A DNA stretch of 64,000 bases from Ramazzottius varieornatus (lineage: Eukaryota; Animalia; Tardigrada). The notes below the pieces were generated by a model. It had not been told where the DNA came from. It was given only the letters and a program-made list of their open reading frames with translations, and made no database searches. Below, in pieces: positions 51,566 to 63,051 of this stretch. A program made the position numbers and the translations under genes. Location: positions 4,435,777-4,499,776 of the forward strand of contig BDGG01000004.1 in assembly GCA_001949185.1 (NCBI GenBank), read 5' to 3'. How positions within the stretch are numbered: position 1 is the first letter of the stretch; every line of letters begins with the position of its first letter.

Positions 51566-52447
51566 CTTGGCAGGATGGGCAAGATTCAGGAAGATGAAAT
51601 GGCAGAGCTTGTTCCAGGTGTTAGTTGTACGGGAAGGTTCAGCTGTAAAGCGTCTTGGATCGATCCGTGCCTAGCTGCTTATGGATAGGTGAATAAATGC
51701 GTCTCTGGGCGACGAATCCGCTGATCACACGTCGAGCTGCTCCACTCGGGATCAGACACCTGTAATCGTTACGGGAGCGATTAGTACTGTATCATCTCTG
51801 TTTATACTGGATAACACTGAGAGAAAGACAACAACGTCGACGCGCATTGTGTAACCACAGCTAAGTTAGTAGATCCCCAATATTATATTATACTGTACAG
51901 TTCGAATATCTCACCTCGCGGTTCCTCCGCAGTAGCTTTTAAACGTTTCTAGTCTCCTTTCGACGTGACTCCTCTCAGAAGATATGATGAGATCCGAGGA
52001 AACTAAGACGAGTTCAAGGAAGTTTGAATTTTGGACCATGGAATTACAGTATTCTTGACAAAGCTCGATCCCCTTTCACGACTCACGAGGCAAATGAGTT
52101 CAAATTGTCCGAACTTGTTCGAGGCTTCGATCACAAGGGCAAAGCATCACGTTTCCGCAACCTTCACATCCCGGGATGTGCGGAAACAGGAGATGAAAAT
52201 GAAAACGCGAACGGCCATTGTTTCCCAGGAATTGAGTGCGGAGAAAATTAATGGCCTTTAATGCTCACTTTAGGCTGTGCCACGATAGGTTCTACATTAC
52301 TGCACGTACGGACGGTGTGTTGTTTGGTCCAAGCGATGCTGCAAAAGCGATCTCTTAATGATTAACAAACGATTGCTCAGTGCCGTGGATGGTTGGTCCG
52401 TGCTGGCTACCGGTACATACATCCATGCCGATTTGGTGTGGAACTTA

Positions 52448-52678
52448 CAAGGGGATTACGGCAGTCCTCCGCATCCGACAGCCAGTTTGATACCATAGAA
52501 CGGTAGAGGATAGTCTTCTCTACGAACTAAGAAAGAGTTGGCGTACCGAGTGGAATCCTGGAAGACACGGCAGGAACCGGAAGTAGAGCTAGATTTTGGG
52601 GCGGAGCTGCCCTGATTTCTTACAACCAAGGCTTTTGATTGCCTGACGGTTGATTCAGCTACTGATTGACCAAAACTG
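52448..52678 (+). repeat. Left terminal inverted repeat
   Basis: Reverse complement of 54340-54570. Confidence 0.95.
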
Positions 52679-52721
52679 ATTTTCTGATTTACCAAAACGC
52701 AGATCGACTAATGAGAAAACA

Positions 52722-54253
52722 TCAAGGAAGAAAGATTCTACAAAAGTGATAAACATCGTAAAAGTGATGGAAGCAAAGAGGAGCTTTACACCAACCACAT
52801 TTCAAAAGCGAAGAGTTTTTGCAGTTGTCGTGGTCGCAATGGCCGTTCAGCTCTTCAAAGCAAAATTCGGTAGGGTTAATGTACTTGATAGATTTGTCAG
52901 TATATCCTGACAAGTGCCAGGCTCGAGTCGAGGAGAAGTGACTTCTTCAACAGCGTCGTGGTCAGCAAACGTTTTCCAGGAGTCCGCCAAGAAGAAGCAG
53001 TGTCCGTTCATTTGAGGAAAGAACACTTTTTCGCACCATTCAATGTATAGCTCCTTAGTCATCTTTCCAGACTTTGAAGCAGTGACGTGCAGGTTCCTAG
53101 CCTTGAACAAAGCTTTGGATACGATTGGTCCGAAAACGCCCTTATCTTCCCGCAATGTGATGAACAGCACAGGAAGAAACTTCCGAGTACCCGGCGAAAC
53201 GGCCATCATAACTGTATAGCTGTGAGTCATCGAGTTTTCGGACTGGGTTAAAGCCAGGACATGCTTCGCTCCGATGAAGTCCAGAGTTCGGCCAGGCCGC
53301 ATCTCATACTCGAACCCTGACTAATCAGCATTCCACAGACAGTCCAACCCGTGAGCTTGGATTCTTGATCGCACGTATGCCACGCACTCGTCTGCATCCT
53401 TCTTCACATCAGGAGCTTCTCGTAGATACTTTGCCGTGACGAACTTTGTGAATTTTCGGTCACAAATGCCGTAGTACCTACGAAACAAAATTAATTCTGA
53501 TGAACACTGCTACGAACAGCGAAACATGCATTACTGAAACATTAGCGTACAAATAATGATTATTGTTTAAAACTCACTGTTTAAACTTCCCAACCCAATA
53601 AGGAAATGCTGTGAAACCTTCCAAGCCAATTTCTCGATTTGCTGTGACGGCCCGCTGGTGACCTTGCTGAAGGCCTTCTGGACACTCGCGCGCTGGTAAC
53701 CTTGCTGAAGGCCTTCTGGACACTTGCCAAACCACGACGTTTCCTTTTCGTGCTCCGCCAGTAACTCACAGCACGCTTCTTGTAATCAAGACTGGCTGCC
53801 TGACTCGCTGCTACCTTTGGATCTGGTATTCTGGGAATGAAGAGCTCATGGGACGACGGTTCAGTTGCACTTGAGACAGGCTCGTAGAGGCGGTCATCTT
53901 GAACGCTCTCAAAATCAGCTTCGTCGTGGCCATTCAACAGGTTTCCATTGGCGACAGATTCCTCCAGTTCTTCGAATGTGGATACGTCAAGCTGCCGTTC
54001 GTACTCCAGGTCTTCCTCGATATTGACCGCGGGGGCGTGAAACTGGACGATATGGTTGTCCAAAAACTCTGTAAGAACGGTAAGTTTAGTATACTTTTTA
54101 TACTACCTTCATATCCAGAATCAGTTGAAATTTACCTTTGATGATCAGCCTCAATAACTTGTCAGATTCACTCGGAGAAGCGGTCGGTTGATAGCGCTGC
54201 TCATAGTCTACCTCCAGCAGTCTCAATATGTTGAGCGGATTTACAGATTCCAT
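52722..54253 (-). pseudogene. DDE transposase pseudogene with C-terminal Cys/His finger
   Basis: Intron-containing and disrupted. WNAD*SGFEYE has a TAG right after the first catalytic Asp. THSYTVM, SKSGKMTKEL, LADSW and a C-terminal CDHDNC...CGWCKAPLCFHHF are present. There is a 38-bp internal tandem duplication (53653-53724) and a frame break near 52920-52940. Confidence 0.85.
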
Positions 54254-54339
54254 TTTGATCAGTAGTCAATTGGGAAGAAACAGGAATCGAAGGAGAATTC
54301 TTACAAGTGCGCAATACCGATCTCGGAGCTTGGTGAAAG

Positions 54340-54570
54340 CAGTTTTGGTCAATGAGTAGCTGAATCAACCGTCAGGCAATCAAAAGCCTTGGTTGTAAGA
54401 AATCAGGGCAGCTCCGCCCCAAAATCTAGCTCTACTTCCGGTTCCTGCCGTGTCTTCCAGGATTCCACTCGGTACGCCAACTCTTTCTTAGTTCGTAGAG
54501 AAGACTATCCTCTACCGTTCTATGGTATCAAACTGGCTGTCGGACGCGAAGGACTGCCGTAATCTCCTTG
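54340..54570 (-). repeat. Right terminal inverted repeat
   Basis: Reverse complement of 52448-52678. Confidence 0.95.
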
Positions 54571-54963
54571 TTAGGACGCAGCAGTACCGGATGCTTCAGT
54601 TGATTGACTGACAGTGATCGTTCACCATACACGGTTCGACGTCGCTTTGAGCCTTTGAGGTCTTCGATTAGTGAACACAAGGCGGAACTTGCCAGTTTCC
54701 ACTGATGGTCCAACTGGACAGCAGCTACAAAATAAACTAAACTGAATCACTGAGAAATCAGATAACATAAAGAAAAAGTCTACCGGAAGTAACACACAAA
54801 ATGAGTGATAAAATGACCAGCAACTGGCGTAAAATACCAAACGGAACAACAAGGAGCTCTTTGCCCCAGCCGTCTGCACGGGTAAAGGGCGGACTAGAGT
54901 ACAGAGTCCGGTGATCATTACAATACAAAACAAAGAAACATCGAGAAACTCTTTGCCTTGACT

Positions 54964-56567
54964 TTATCCGTTTATGACAGCGCTGACGGGTGAAGGTTCT
55001 TCGCGAGTCTGCTGTTGGGTTCCTGTCCGATTTGAGAGTGCGCAAGGCGAGGGAGAGGCACCGGTGGAGCTGGCCTTGGTCTGCGTCTTGCACGGAGTTT
55101 TCCTGACCGTCAAGGACCCTACAAAACAAGCAAAGAGCATATCAGTTCCAGCTGAAGGGAGTATCCATCCGGTCCTAGTCACGACACGTGCAGAGTAGAA
55201 TCAGCGTCTCGTTTGACCCACACCACCATCTTCTGATGAAATTACAGCTTTCCTAACTCGATTGTCGCGTCAACAGACAACTGATTAAGTTCAATTACGG
55301 CCACCCCTATTAATTACTTTTCCGAAACCAACGGCTGATTAAGGGGGCGCACGTGCCCTGCCAGCCAGGGCTGAGCCGGCGGGAGCAAGTGGCGCCTGAC
55401 GTTTGCGGTCCTTTCTCGATCCGCGCTGACGTCACGCGCGTCGTCGAGCGGGAGTGCAGCGAGGAAACCGTGTTCGCATCGGCAAAAGTGCATAAGTGCT
55501 GGTACCGTGGCACGGACTTTGTCCGCGAACCGATCTTCTTTTTATCGCCCACAACTTTAGACAAGTAACCTCCATTCTTTTACGCTTACGCACGATATCG
55601 CCCTCACGACTGGCTCGATTTCTGTCACGAGATAAGCCAATCGCGTTCGAAACCGTCGAAGTGGGAACTGGTATCTCTCACTGTGATAAACTACGGGTTG
55701 CGGATAGTATATGAATGTCACCTTTCCTCGCCTTCTCACTGTGATCTGCAAAAGAATCCTCTTTCTGCAGCAAACTATATTTGGAAACGTAACTTTTAGG
55801 TCGTTTCCGTTGAATCAGACTTCGACCGAGATGGTTGATCCGAGTAACGTAAAAGCTCGATCATGAACTCTGACGTTACAGACATTAACGTTCCACTAAG
55901 GCACTCACACCAAAGTGTCGGTCTTGTTCGATTACGTCAGGCGCAACACAGAAAATTATTCATTAATTAATCTCGGCCGATGGATCTGTGATACAAAATT
56001 ACGAACATCCTCCGCACTCAATCTGACAGCTTTTGATACAGGGTTAACTACCATGTACTATTGATTTTGAATAGTGTACTTGAGGCGATTCTTACCTAAG
56101 AGGGTCTGCTGGGTGGAATTCTTTCGAACGGTGCTGGTTGAAGTCAGCGTCATCTTGATGGAGGAAAGAGAGGGCTTCAAAGAAAACTTTTTCCGAGGAC
56201 TTATGGCAGATATGTGGGGAAGAGATCTCTTTGTTGTCGATGAAGGGAATTCTGCGAAAAGACAAGCAGCGGATCCATCAGGACGCGTCTCCGCTTTGTA
56301 ATGCCCAGGAATGGTTTGAATTTCCATCACTTGAAAAGGCACCTTCTCCGTTTTCGACTCCACCACTTCGTTTCTTTCCACATCAATACCGTAGGCGTCC
56401 CTCATTCTTTGGTTATTCTTTGCTTTGATTTCAGACAGTTGCTTTTCCAGCCATGTCCGAATTTTAGGATCGTTTCTGTCAGCACCAAACAAATTACGGC
56501 AGCACGATTTCTTGAAGATGCGCGACGGTCGTTCCAAAGCGCGACAGTCCATTACTCCTTCGTCCAT
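54964..56567 (-). CDS. Cip/Kip-family cyclin-dependent kinase inhibitor (Dacapo/p27-like)
   Basis: Exon 56096-56567 encodes CCRNLFG (cyclin-binding RxL-FG), a helical linker, YGIDVERNE (where W-x-F-D-F usually sits) and IPGHY, then a phase-1 donor after QQTLL. The best terminal exon is 54964-55118 (strong pyrimidine tract, phase 1). The 3' structure is uncertain. Confidence 0.75.
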
Positions 56568-59500
56568 ATCTAGTCTCTCCAAGCAGAAAAACGCGTATTC
56601 CTCAGTACCCCGACATAAACTAACACTCCACTGCTACATTCGACCTCAGCAGTCAGCAGAAATTAACACGGGCGGCTGGCTGGCTAGCTGCAAGAAACGA
56701 CAACAATCGGAATATTCCTCGAGGAGAATTCGAAATGAATAACTTATCGAGTGCGCGCGATGCCACGCGATGCGCATCGACTGCGTTAAGGCGGATCCAA
56801 TGGTACAAGAGGCGGGAAGGTGCTTTCGAATGGCTGAGCATAAGATAAAGTCGTCTTTCATTGGACGTGTCAATCAGGACCAGTATGACGTAATGGACAT
56901 GAGACGGTTTGAGCGGGAAAATGGGACCATAAAGGCGAGGCACCGAATAGCCATGCAGAGCATGGTACGGCAAACTGTGTGCTCGAAATCCTTTGATGTT
57001 ATTGCAGGGAACAAGAAAAATTTCAGGGATCATCGATATAACACTTATATGAAATCGAAGAAAGCTTAAAATCAACGACGTTTCATGGTGTTGAGCAGAC
57101 AAAAAACCTCTGCCGCGTACAGGCCCCCCGCAAACGTTTGGGCCCTGGGTTCTCGCATGATCCGTGCCTTCTCCTGAAATGTCTTTCTACTTGAAACAAT
57201 AGTGGGTGAAAATTAAGAATATACGATTCATAATGATGATTATTACGTGAGGGATGAGGACAGCAGATTTTTCTAATCACCGACATAATGGACAGCAGAA
57301 AGCAGTACATCTGCGCATGCTTGACTTGCGTAAGAGGAACAATAGTGGGATCGCCCATGTTTTGTCTGGGGCAATCTGCTCCCTCCACACCTGTTTCCTA
57401 TGATTTCTTTATCTGATGACAGTTTCACCTTACTAGCGATCCAATTAGACCAGCTAACGGCACGGCACTGGTCAAGAAGCCGGATTACGGACGGTAACAA
57501 AGTATATTACAAAAACATAATACGAAAACATTTCTGATCCACTTCGCGGGTATTTTTGGTAGCAAAAGTTTTACGCGGAGACCACGCGCAGGTTGATAGT
57601 ATTTTACGGATAATTTGCATTGATTTGCTATCTCGTGTAGGCCAACCTCGTGCTGGTCGGGACTACGAGGACGTGGTTTAAAGAAGCTTCGCCAGAGCTG
57701 CTTCCATTTACGCTCGTAAAACCTACACCAAATATTACAAGTCGCGACTCCAGCAAATATATCGATACCTGAGAGACCTCTTATCTGTAAAATACGGTCA
57801 GAGAACGGTAAACAACTGAGATAAAGAACCGTGCCATCCTCCGGTGCCTTGGTGTATGGAATGGGTCGCCGCTATCAAAGGAGCTGCGAGCCTTTCACGG
57901 AGGAGTTTTCGGGTTTTCTTACACGAAAAGTTCGGTATGAGATCTAACCCTGCCGCGCCGGACTGGAAACCTTGGTCAATTATTCGCAGTGCAAAGTGTT
58001 GTACATTTTTTCTGGCACGGCCTGCAAGGTGAAAACGTGGTTAAGATCAGTATGGTTATAGGCAACGGGTTAATACTGTATTTGCATAAAACTGTCGTAT
58101 AGATCAAAATGTCATCGGATCGAAAGGTGGGTAAACTAGGCTTGTTGAAGCATTTGCTGGCGTGCGCCGTCATGTTTTCCTTGTATGGACGTCTGTACCT
58201 AGCAGCAGGAGTACCACTCTATACTCCCCGTCGCGGGGCTACTCTTGCCAGCTGCGCCACATGCGGCCATGTCGATGAGAAGGAGATAAGCCCTTGTTTG
58301 TTCACTTCATCAGGTTGACCCTGCGGCGGGCGAGTGTCCAGGAAGATTGAGAGCACTCAAATTTCACAGTTAAACACAGATAAGAACCTTACTACCGATA
58401 GCACACATCCGTCGCCTCTGCAAGCGTCGCCTCTGCAATGCTGGTGGCAAACGCAACTGAGCTTCGGCAAAGCTCCCAAGAGGATCCGCTCTTTAACATC
58501 CTTTTCGTGAAAAGAGGGTTTCCGATTCTTGCCGCTTGCCTGTCGGTAACAAGCCCAGAGTTTTCGCGAAGTACCAAAGCTCCTCCCGAATTGCACGAAG
58601 GTCTCGAAATCTGAAGCAGCGTGCGTGGCGTACTCGTTGTTACAACTCAAAGGCCTTGCCGGTTCTTCGGTGACGCTCTTGATCCCATTTTTCCCATATA
58701 TCGAGATCAACGAAAGCGAACTGAGAGTCAGAACGTTGTCAGGAGAAGGAATGACAGGTGGCAATTATCCACCAAATTCCACTTGAAAGCAGACCGCACA
58801 GAAAACCGCTCCCATTGAAATGTCTATTCAAGCTCTGATTCAAGATGCATTTCAAGAGGCCTTCTGTCCTGTCATAGGCTACACTAAAACCTGCTGCTTC
58901 TTCGGGCTGAAGGAACAATTGGCTGCAGTCACACCGAGAAGGCACTGCGTCATTCATTCATGGAATCATGGAAAAATTATTCCGGACATCGAGTTTACAT
59001 GAGGAAGGCAACGAGGAAGAGCCGAGTGGTAAATGCAGTACTGTCATAAATGGTAACAGATCGGGAGTGACCAGCCGGAAATAATGTCTTCTTTTAAATC
59101 AGACCTACATCAAACTGTCGTTAGTATTCAAAGATGGTGTCTTACATGCGACGCCCCGCTGAGATTGGAAAAGGTTCAAAGGAATTACGGTTGAGTTGAC
59201 AGTGAGCACGCACGGCAATTCAACCGCTTCAATTTTGGTCGAGTTACGAAAAGGCCAAAAGGCAACAAGGGCACTCTTTTGTCTTCCTGTTTGCTCAAAC
59301 CCACCGGCAATCCATTCTCATCTAGACCAAACCCAGCAGCATCTGCTTTCAGTTTAGGCTACACTGTGAAGCGCAAAAGTGTCTGCAGATCATTGAAACA
59401 TGAACTATGCAGGCAGAGCGAATTACCAAGGTGTTCATGAGCTCATCTTTTCTGGTCCAGATGAATATATGGGGAATGCTGGTGAGCCCTTCTTCCCGTT

Positions 59501-59893
59501 CTTAAGTCACGGCTTGATATTGGTCCAAAGACCTGGAAAAGAAAACACTGACTAACGTCGAATACGGCAACGAAGTTCTTTGCAGAAATTCGGGTTTAGC
59601 TTTGGGCAGCTGTGTGCTAATGAAGTACTTAGACGGTTAATGATCGGAAGTCATCCGCTTAATCTAATCTCGCTATGTAGAGCGTATGGTCATAAGTTCA
59701 TTCGAAACTCACCTTGATGGTGCACGCTGATCGACGTAAGCGAGGACCTCAGGTATTGCAACAAAGAACATGTACCACTAGGTAGATGCGCCTTATTTCA
59801 CAGCACGGACACTAACGAAGTCGAATTCATCATTTGATACTTTTGATTATCACAACAAACGGATAGACAAGGAGGCCCATAGTGGTTGTTCTG

Positions 59894-60369
59894 TCAGCGA
59901 GCTGGGCGAGGGTTCGAGGTGGTGGTGGTGGTAGTCTTGGGTTCCTCCATCGCTTCATCGTTGGTTCTCTGACTTTTCACCATCTTCCGATAGCTTTGGC
60001 GTTCGATGTCGCGATCTACACCAGCCTTGATCTTCTGCAATAACAAGAGTACCGTCAACTACCTTCTCCTGACTCTGCTCTGCATGATAACGCTGTGGAC
60101 CTCCAACTGCGCTGTCGACACCAGTGCGCCTAAAGTTCAGCCCCACTGCCCCAGTACCGCGTGACGTCATCGCTGAACGACAACAAACGCACGGTTCGAT
60201 AAGGCTACAGGGTGCCGACCTCTTACAAGCAGCGCAGTATAAACAGGAGGAACCCTATATTGACAGACGATACCTCAAGGTCCCATCTCTGGCTTAGATG
60301 AACGTATGTGATGATAGCAGTGGTGGCAGCCATAGCTAATCCAAGTGTAACCTTAGAAGTCGTTGACAT
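59894..60369 (-). CDS. PET117: Cytochrome c oxidase assembly factor PET117
   Basis: Two exons (60274-60369, 59894-60034): MSTTSKVTLGLAMAATTAIITYVHLSQRWDLE/KIKAGVDRDIERQ..., matching the SK..LG...VH..Q..D.....GV.RD.ERQ pattern of PET117. Confidence 0.88.
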
Positions 60370-60856
60370 ATCGTCGTCCCCTTCGCACAAGCCTTCGATC
60401 CTGGCAAGTTCCACGGTTACTCTGCTTCTTCCGTACTTTGGCGCAACATATGAAAGCGTCAAAATCTACCCGCGCTTTGCGCTGCAAAAAGGAGCGAAAG
60501 ATAAGTTACCAGTCAGCAAAGGAACGAGAGAACCATTCGAGAAAGCCACTTCCGGTAATCCGGTTTCAAACTTCCGGCAGATTTCTTTCGTAACCAACGG
60601 CGGTAAAAGAGACTTTGCGAATATGCTGAACGGCAAACAATTACGACCAATCATACACCCAGTCTGATTGTTTGATAGAAGGCATCTGTACGAATAAGAG
60701 AAAGAAGTTAGATTTTAGAAATTTAAAAGCTAGCCTCGAAAATAATCTTTCCTGTTGGATTTGATTCACCGCACTTCGATTCCTCCATTCTGCATCTGAC
60801 TGACCATCGATGGCCGGTGTCTCTTGCTGACGAGAAAGCTCGCATCGGTACCGAAG
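60370..60856. promoter_or_regulatory. Probable bidirectional promoter (PET117 / RRP46-like)
   Basis: 487 bp between divergent start codons, with two ACTTCCGG (ETS-type) motifs at ~60548 and ~60570. Confidence 0.5.
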
Positions 60857-62160
60857 ATGGCAAACATGGAGGTGGACATGGAAGAGGCGAAAAAGACTGG
60901 CCGGGCGCTCGTTCCAGCGGACTGCGAACCAGCATTTGTCCGTCGCGATGGTGGCTCTTCACTCTTCAAATGCGGTAAGCCAGGGACCACAGGTGCAACA
61001 CGTTTGTCCGGCTTGGTGACTGTCAAATACTGTACAAGTCAATGAGACGGCCAATGTTGCAGGGGACAATGCCAGCACAACGCTTGTCGGACTTCCACAA
61101 CGGGGACCATCACGGCAAGATGGACTAACTACGCTCCAAGTTACCTACTCTTTTGGTTTGGTGGCACGTCCAAGGCGAGTCAAGAAGATTGGCTCTGTTA
61201 ATGCTACGAAGGCTACTCTCAAAACTGCACAAGACATGCTAATCCTCCGGCCGATGGCCAAATCGAGAATCCGCCTAAAAGTCTGCAGTGTCCAGTCCGG
61301 GCCTTCTGTGCGTCATCCGTCTCAGTACAGTATTTAGAAACGGTTATCATATATGTTTTCGCTGAGTTTTGGTGGCGATCGCCGATCAGGTAATTTGTTC
61401 TAACTGGTTTGTGTTCATCTGCAGGAAGCGGAATGCGCCGTCAATTCCACGTCGATGAGCCTCCTTCAGTCTAGCTACGATCTCAAAGACGTTATAGCTG
61501 CGGTGGTTTACACGAAGAGCGCTTCCGGTGAAGATGTCTTCTTTCCTAGTGACACTGTACTACATGATAGCAGAAAGGTAAGACGTCGAATGACAATCAG
61601 ATATCATTTTGCAAAAGCGTTCTCTGCCGCTCAGTGAGAACACTCCGCCAGAAAGAATTTTCTACGCTTACTGCATCAATATACCAGATTGTTTTTCCCA
61701 ATTGGCGCACGTCTTCGCCGTTATTAGCTGAAGCGTCCGCCACCTGGAAAAACATTCAGCGTTTACGTAGGTCCCAAGTGTAGTAAATTTAAAAGGTAGT
61801 AGTTGATGCAAACTGGCCAAGTTAACCCTGGGTGTGTTTTACAGTGCCGAAGACCGGTCTTCCGGTTGCGTTTCAATGTCACGTCGCAGGTCATTTGGAT
61901 GAGCATATCAGGGCCGTCGACGGTGCAGGAGGTACGGAAGGCCGAAGAAGTTTGTCGGGCAGCCGCCAGCACCATTTTTCAACAAATGCGGCACTGTGCT
62001 GCAGGTAAATAAATGCTTTGTGGCAAAACAGCTGCTTGCGTGAGAGATCAAGTTTACCAAGACTTTGCACAACGTTGTTGACCTGCTTTTGAAGTATCTA
62101 ATTGGTAATTGCACGTGTCTAATTGCTATTACAGACGGTGTGTTTGATACACTTGACTGA
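60857..62160 (+). CDS. EXOSC5: RNA exosome RNase PH-ring subunit, RRP46/EXOSC5-like (divergent)
   Basis: Exons 60857-60974, 61063-61307, 61425-61577, 61845-62004, 62135-62160. CEPAFVRRDGGSSLFKCGDN, CAVNSTSMSLL and SISGPSTVQEVRKAEEVCRAAASTIFQQMR are colinear with the RRP46 RNase PH fold. Confidence 0.65.
61684..61752. repeat. Palindrome copy 19 (RRP46-like intron)
   Basis: Core 61699-61746, 24-nt spacer. Confidence 0.8.
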
Positions 62161-62352
62161 TCACAGATTGGCTCTTCCAAACAGACGACAAAATGACGCT
62201 GGTAGAAAAACTACAACATGAGGGCGGATGGTTCTTCCATAGCGAGATGAAAGTTTGTTAGGGTCTTGGGCGGGACTTAGTTCTCGATACAGAAACATTT
62301 ACAAAATTGAGCGACTGTTCACTTGGACAGTACAACATTCCGATTGGCGTGT

Positions 62353-63051
62353 CTACTTCTTGTGACCGCCATAACCTCCACCATAACCGCCACCATAACC
62401 GCCACCATAACCACTATGAGGATAGTGAGCTTGAGGACCGTAGTTGTTTCCGTAAAGAGGCATTGTGCTGAAAGAAAAGGACAGGGTAGTTTTCAGGGGT
62501 CTTCCATTCTCAACCATTTCTCCAATCATCAGATGCAAAGTTAGGTTCAAGCTTACTAAGGAACGTATTTGCCATAGCCAGGGATGTAAGTGACGGGGGG
62601 ACCTCCGTAGTTGTTGTTGTAGCCACCGCCATAAGATCCACCACCACCGTGGCCACCTCCGTAACTGGCACCGAACCCGTAGATGTCTCCAACCTAGCAG
62701 GGAAACGTTGAGGGGTGAGAAGGGCGGGAAGGAAAGAAGAATGGCTGGGCCCTGACCAGCACGAATAGGGTTTTCTTACCGGGTACTTGGTGATGTATCT
62801 GTCGTAGTCTTGGCCGTATCCTCCGCCGTATCCTCCGCCGTATCCGCCACCGTATCCGCCACCATAGTCCCCACCCTACAAAGAAGAGTGGTCAGATGTC
62901 CAACAGGAAAAGGGAATGTTCGTACTGACAAAGAAACCTAGGGAAGTGAACTCAAAGGTATTTCCGGGGCTGCAGGAATAGCGAGACTCACAGCTGAAAC
63001 AAGAGCGGCCAGGGCCGCCACTGAGGCCACAGCGATCACCGAGGAAAACAT
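62353..63051 (-). CDS. Small secreted Gly/Tyr-rich (GGGY-repeat) protein, cuticle/eggshell-like
   Basis: Exons 62992-63051 (signal peptide MFSSVIAVASVAALAALVSA), 62780-62875, 62557-62693, 62353-62467. GGGY tandem repeats at both ends, ending GGHKK*. Confidence 0.85.

Larger units (their letters stand above)
52448..54570 (-). mobile_element. Tc4/Tc5-type (pogo-related, Tc1/mariner superfamily) DNA transposon, defective
   Basis: 231-bp terminal inverted repeats (52448-52678 and 54340-54570, ~4 mismatches) start CAAGG(G/A)G and are flanked by a direct TTA duplication (52445-52447, 54571-54573) within C-TTA-G. An internal DDE transposase remnant is present. Confidence 0.92.

Noticed and set aside
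1847-61752. CRISPR-array or bacterial REP interpretation of the repeat+spacer palindromes
   Set aside because: Copies are dispersed, the arms are inverted rather than direct, the spacers are homologous to each other, no cas genes are present and the context is spliceosomal introns.
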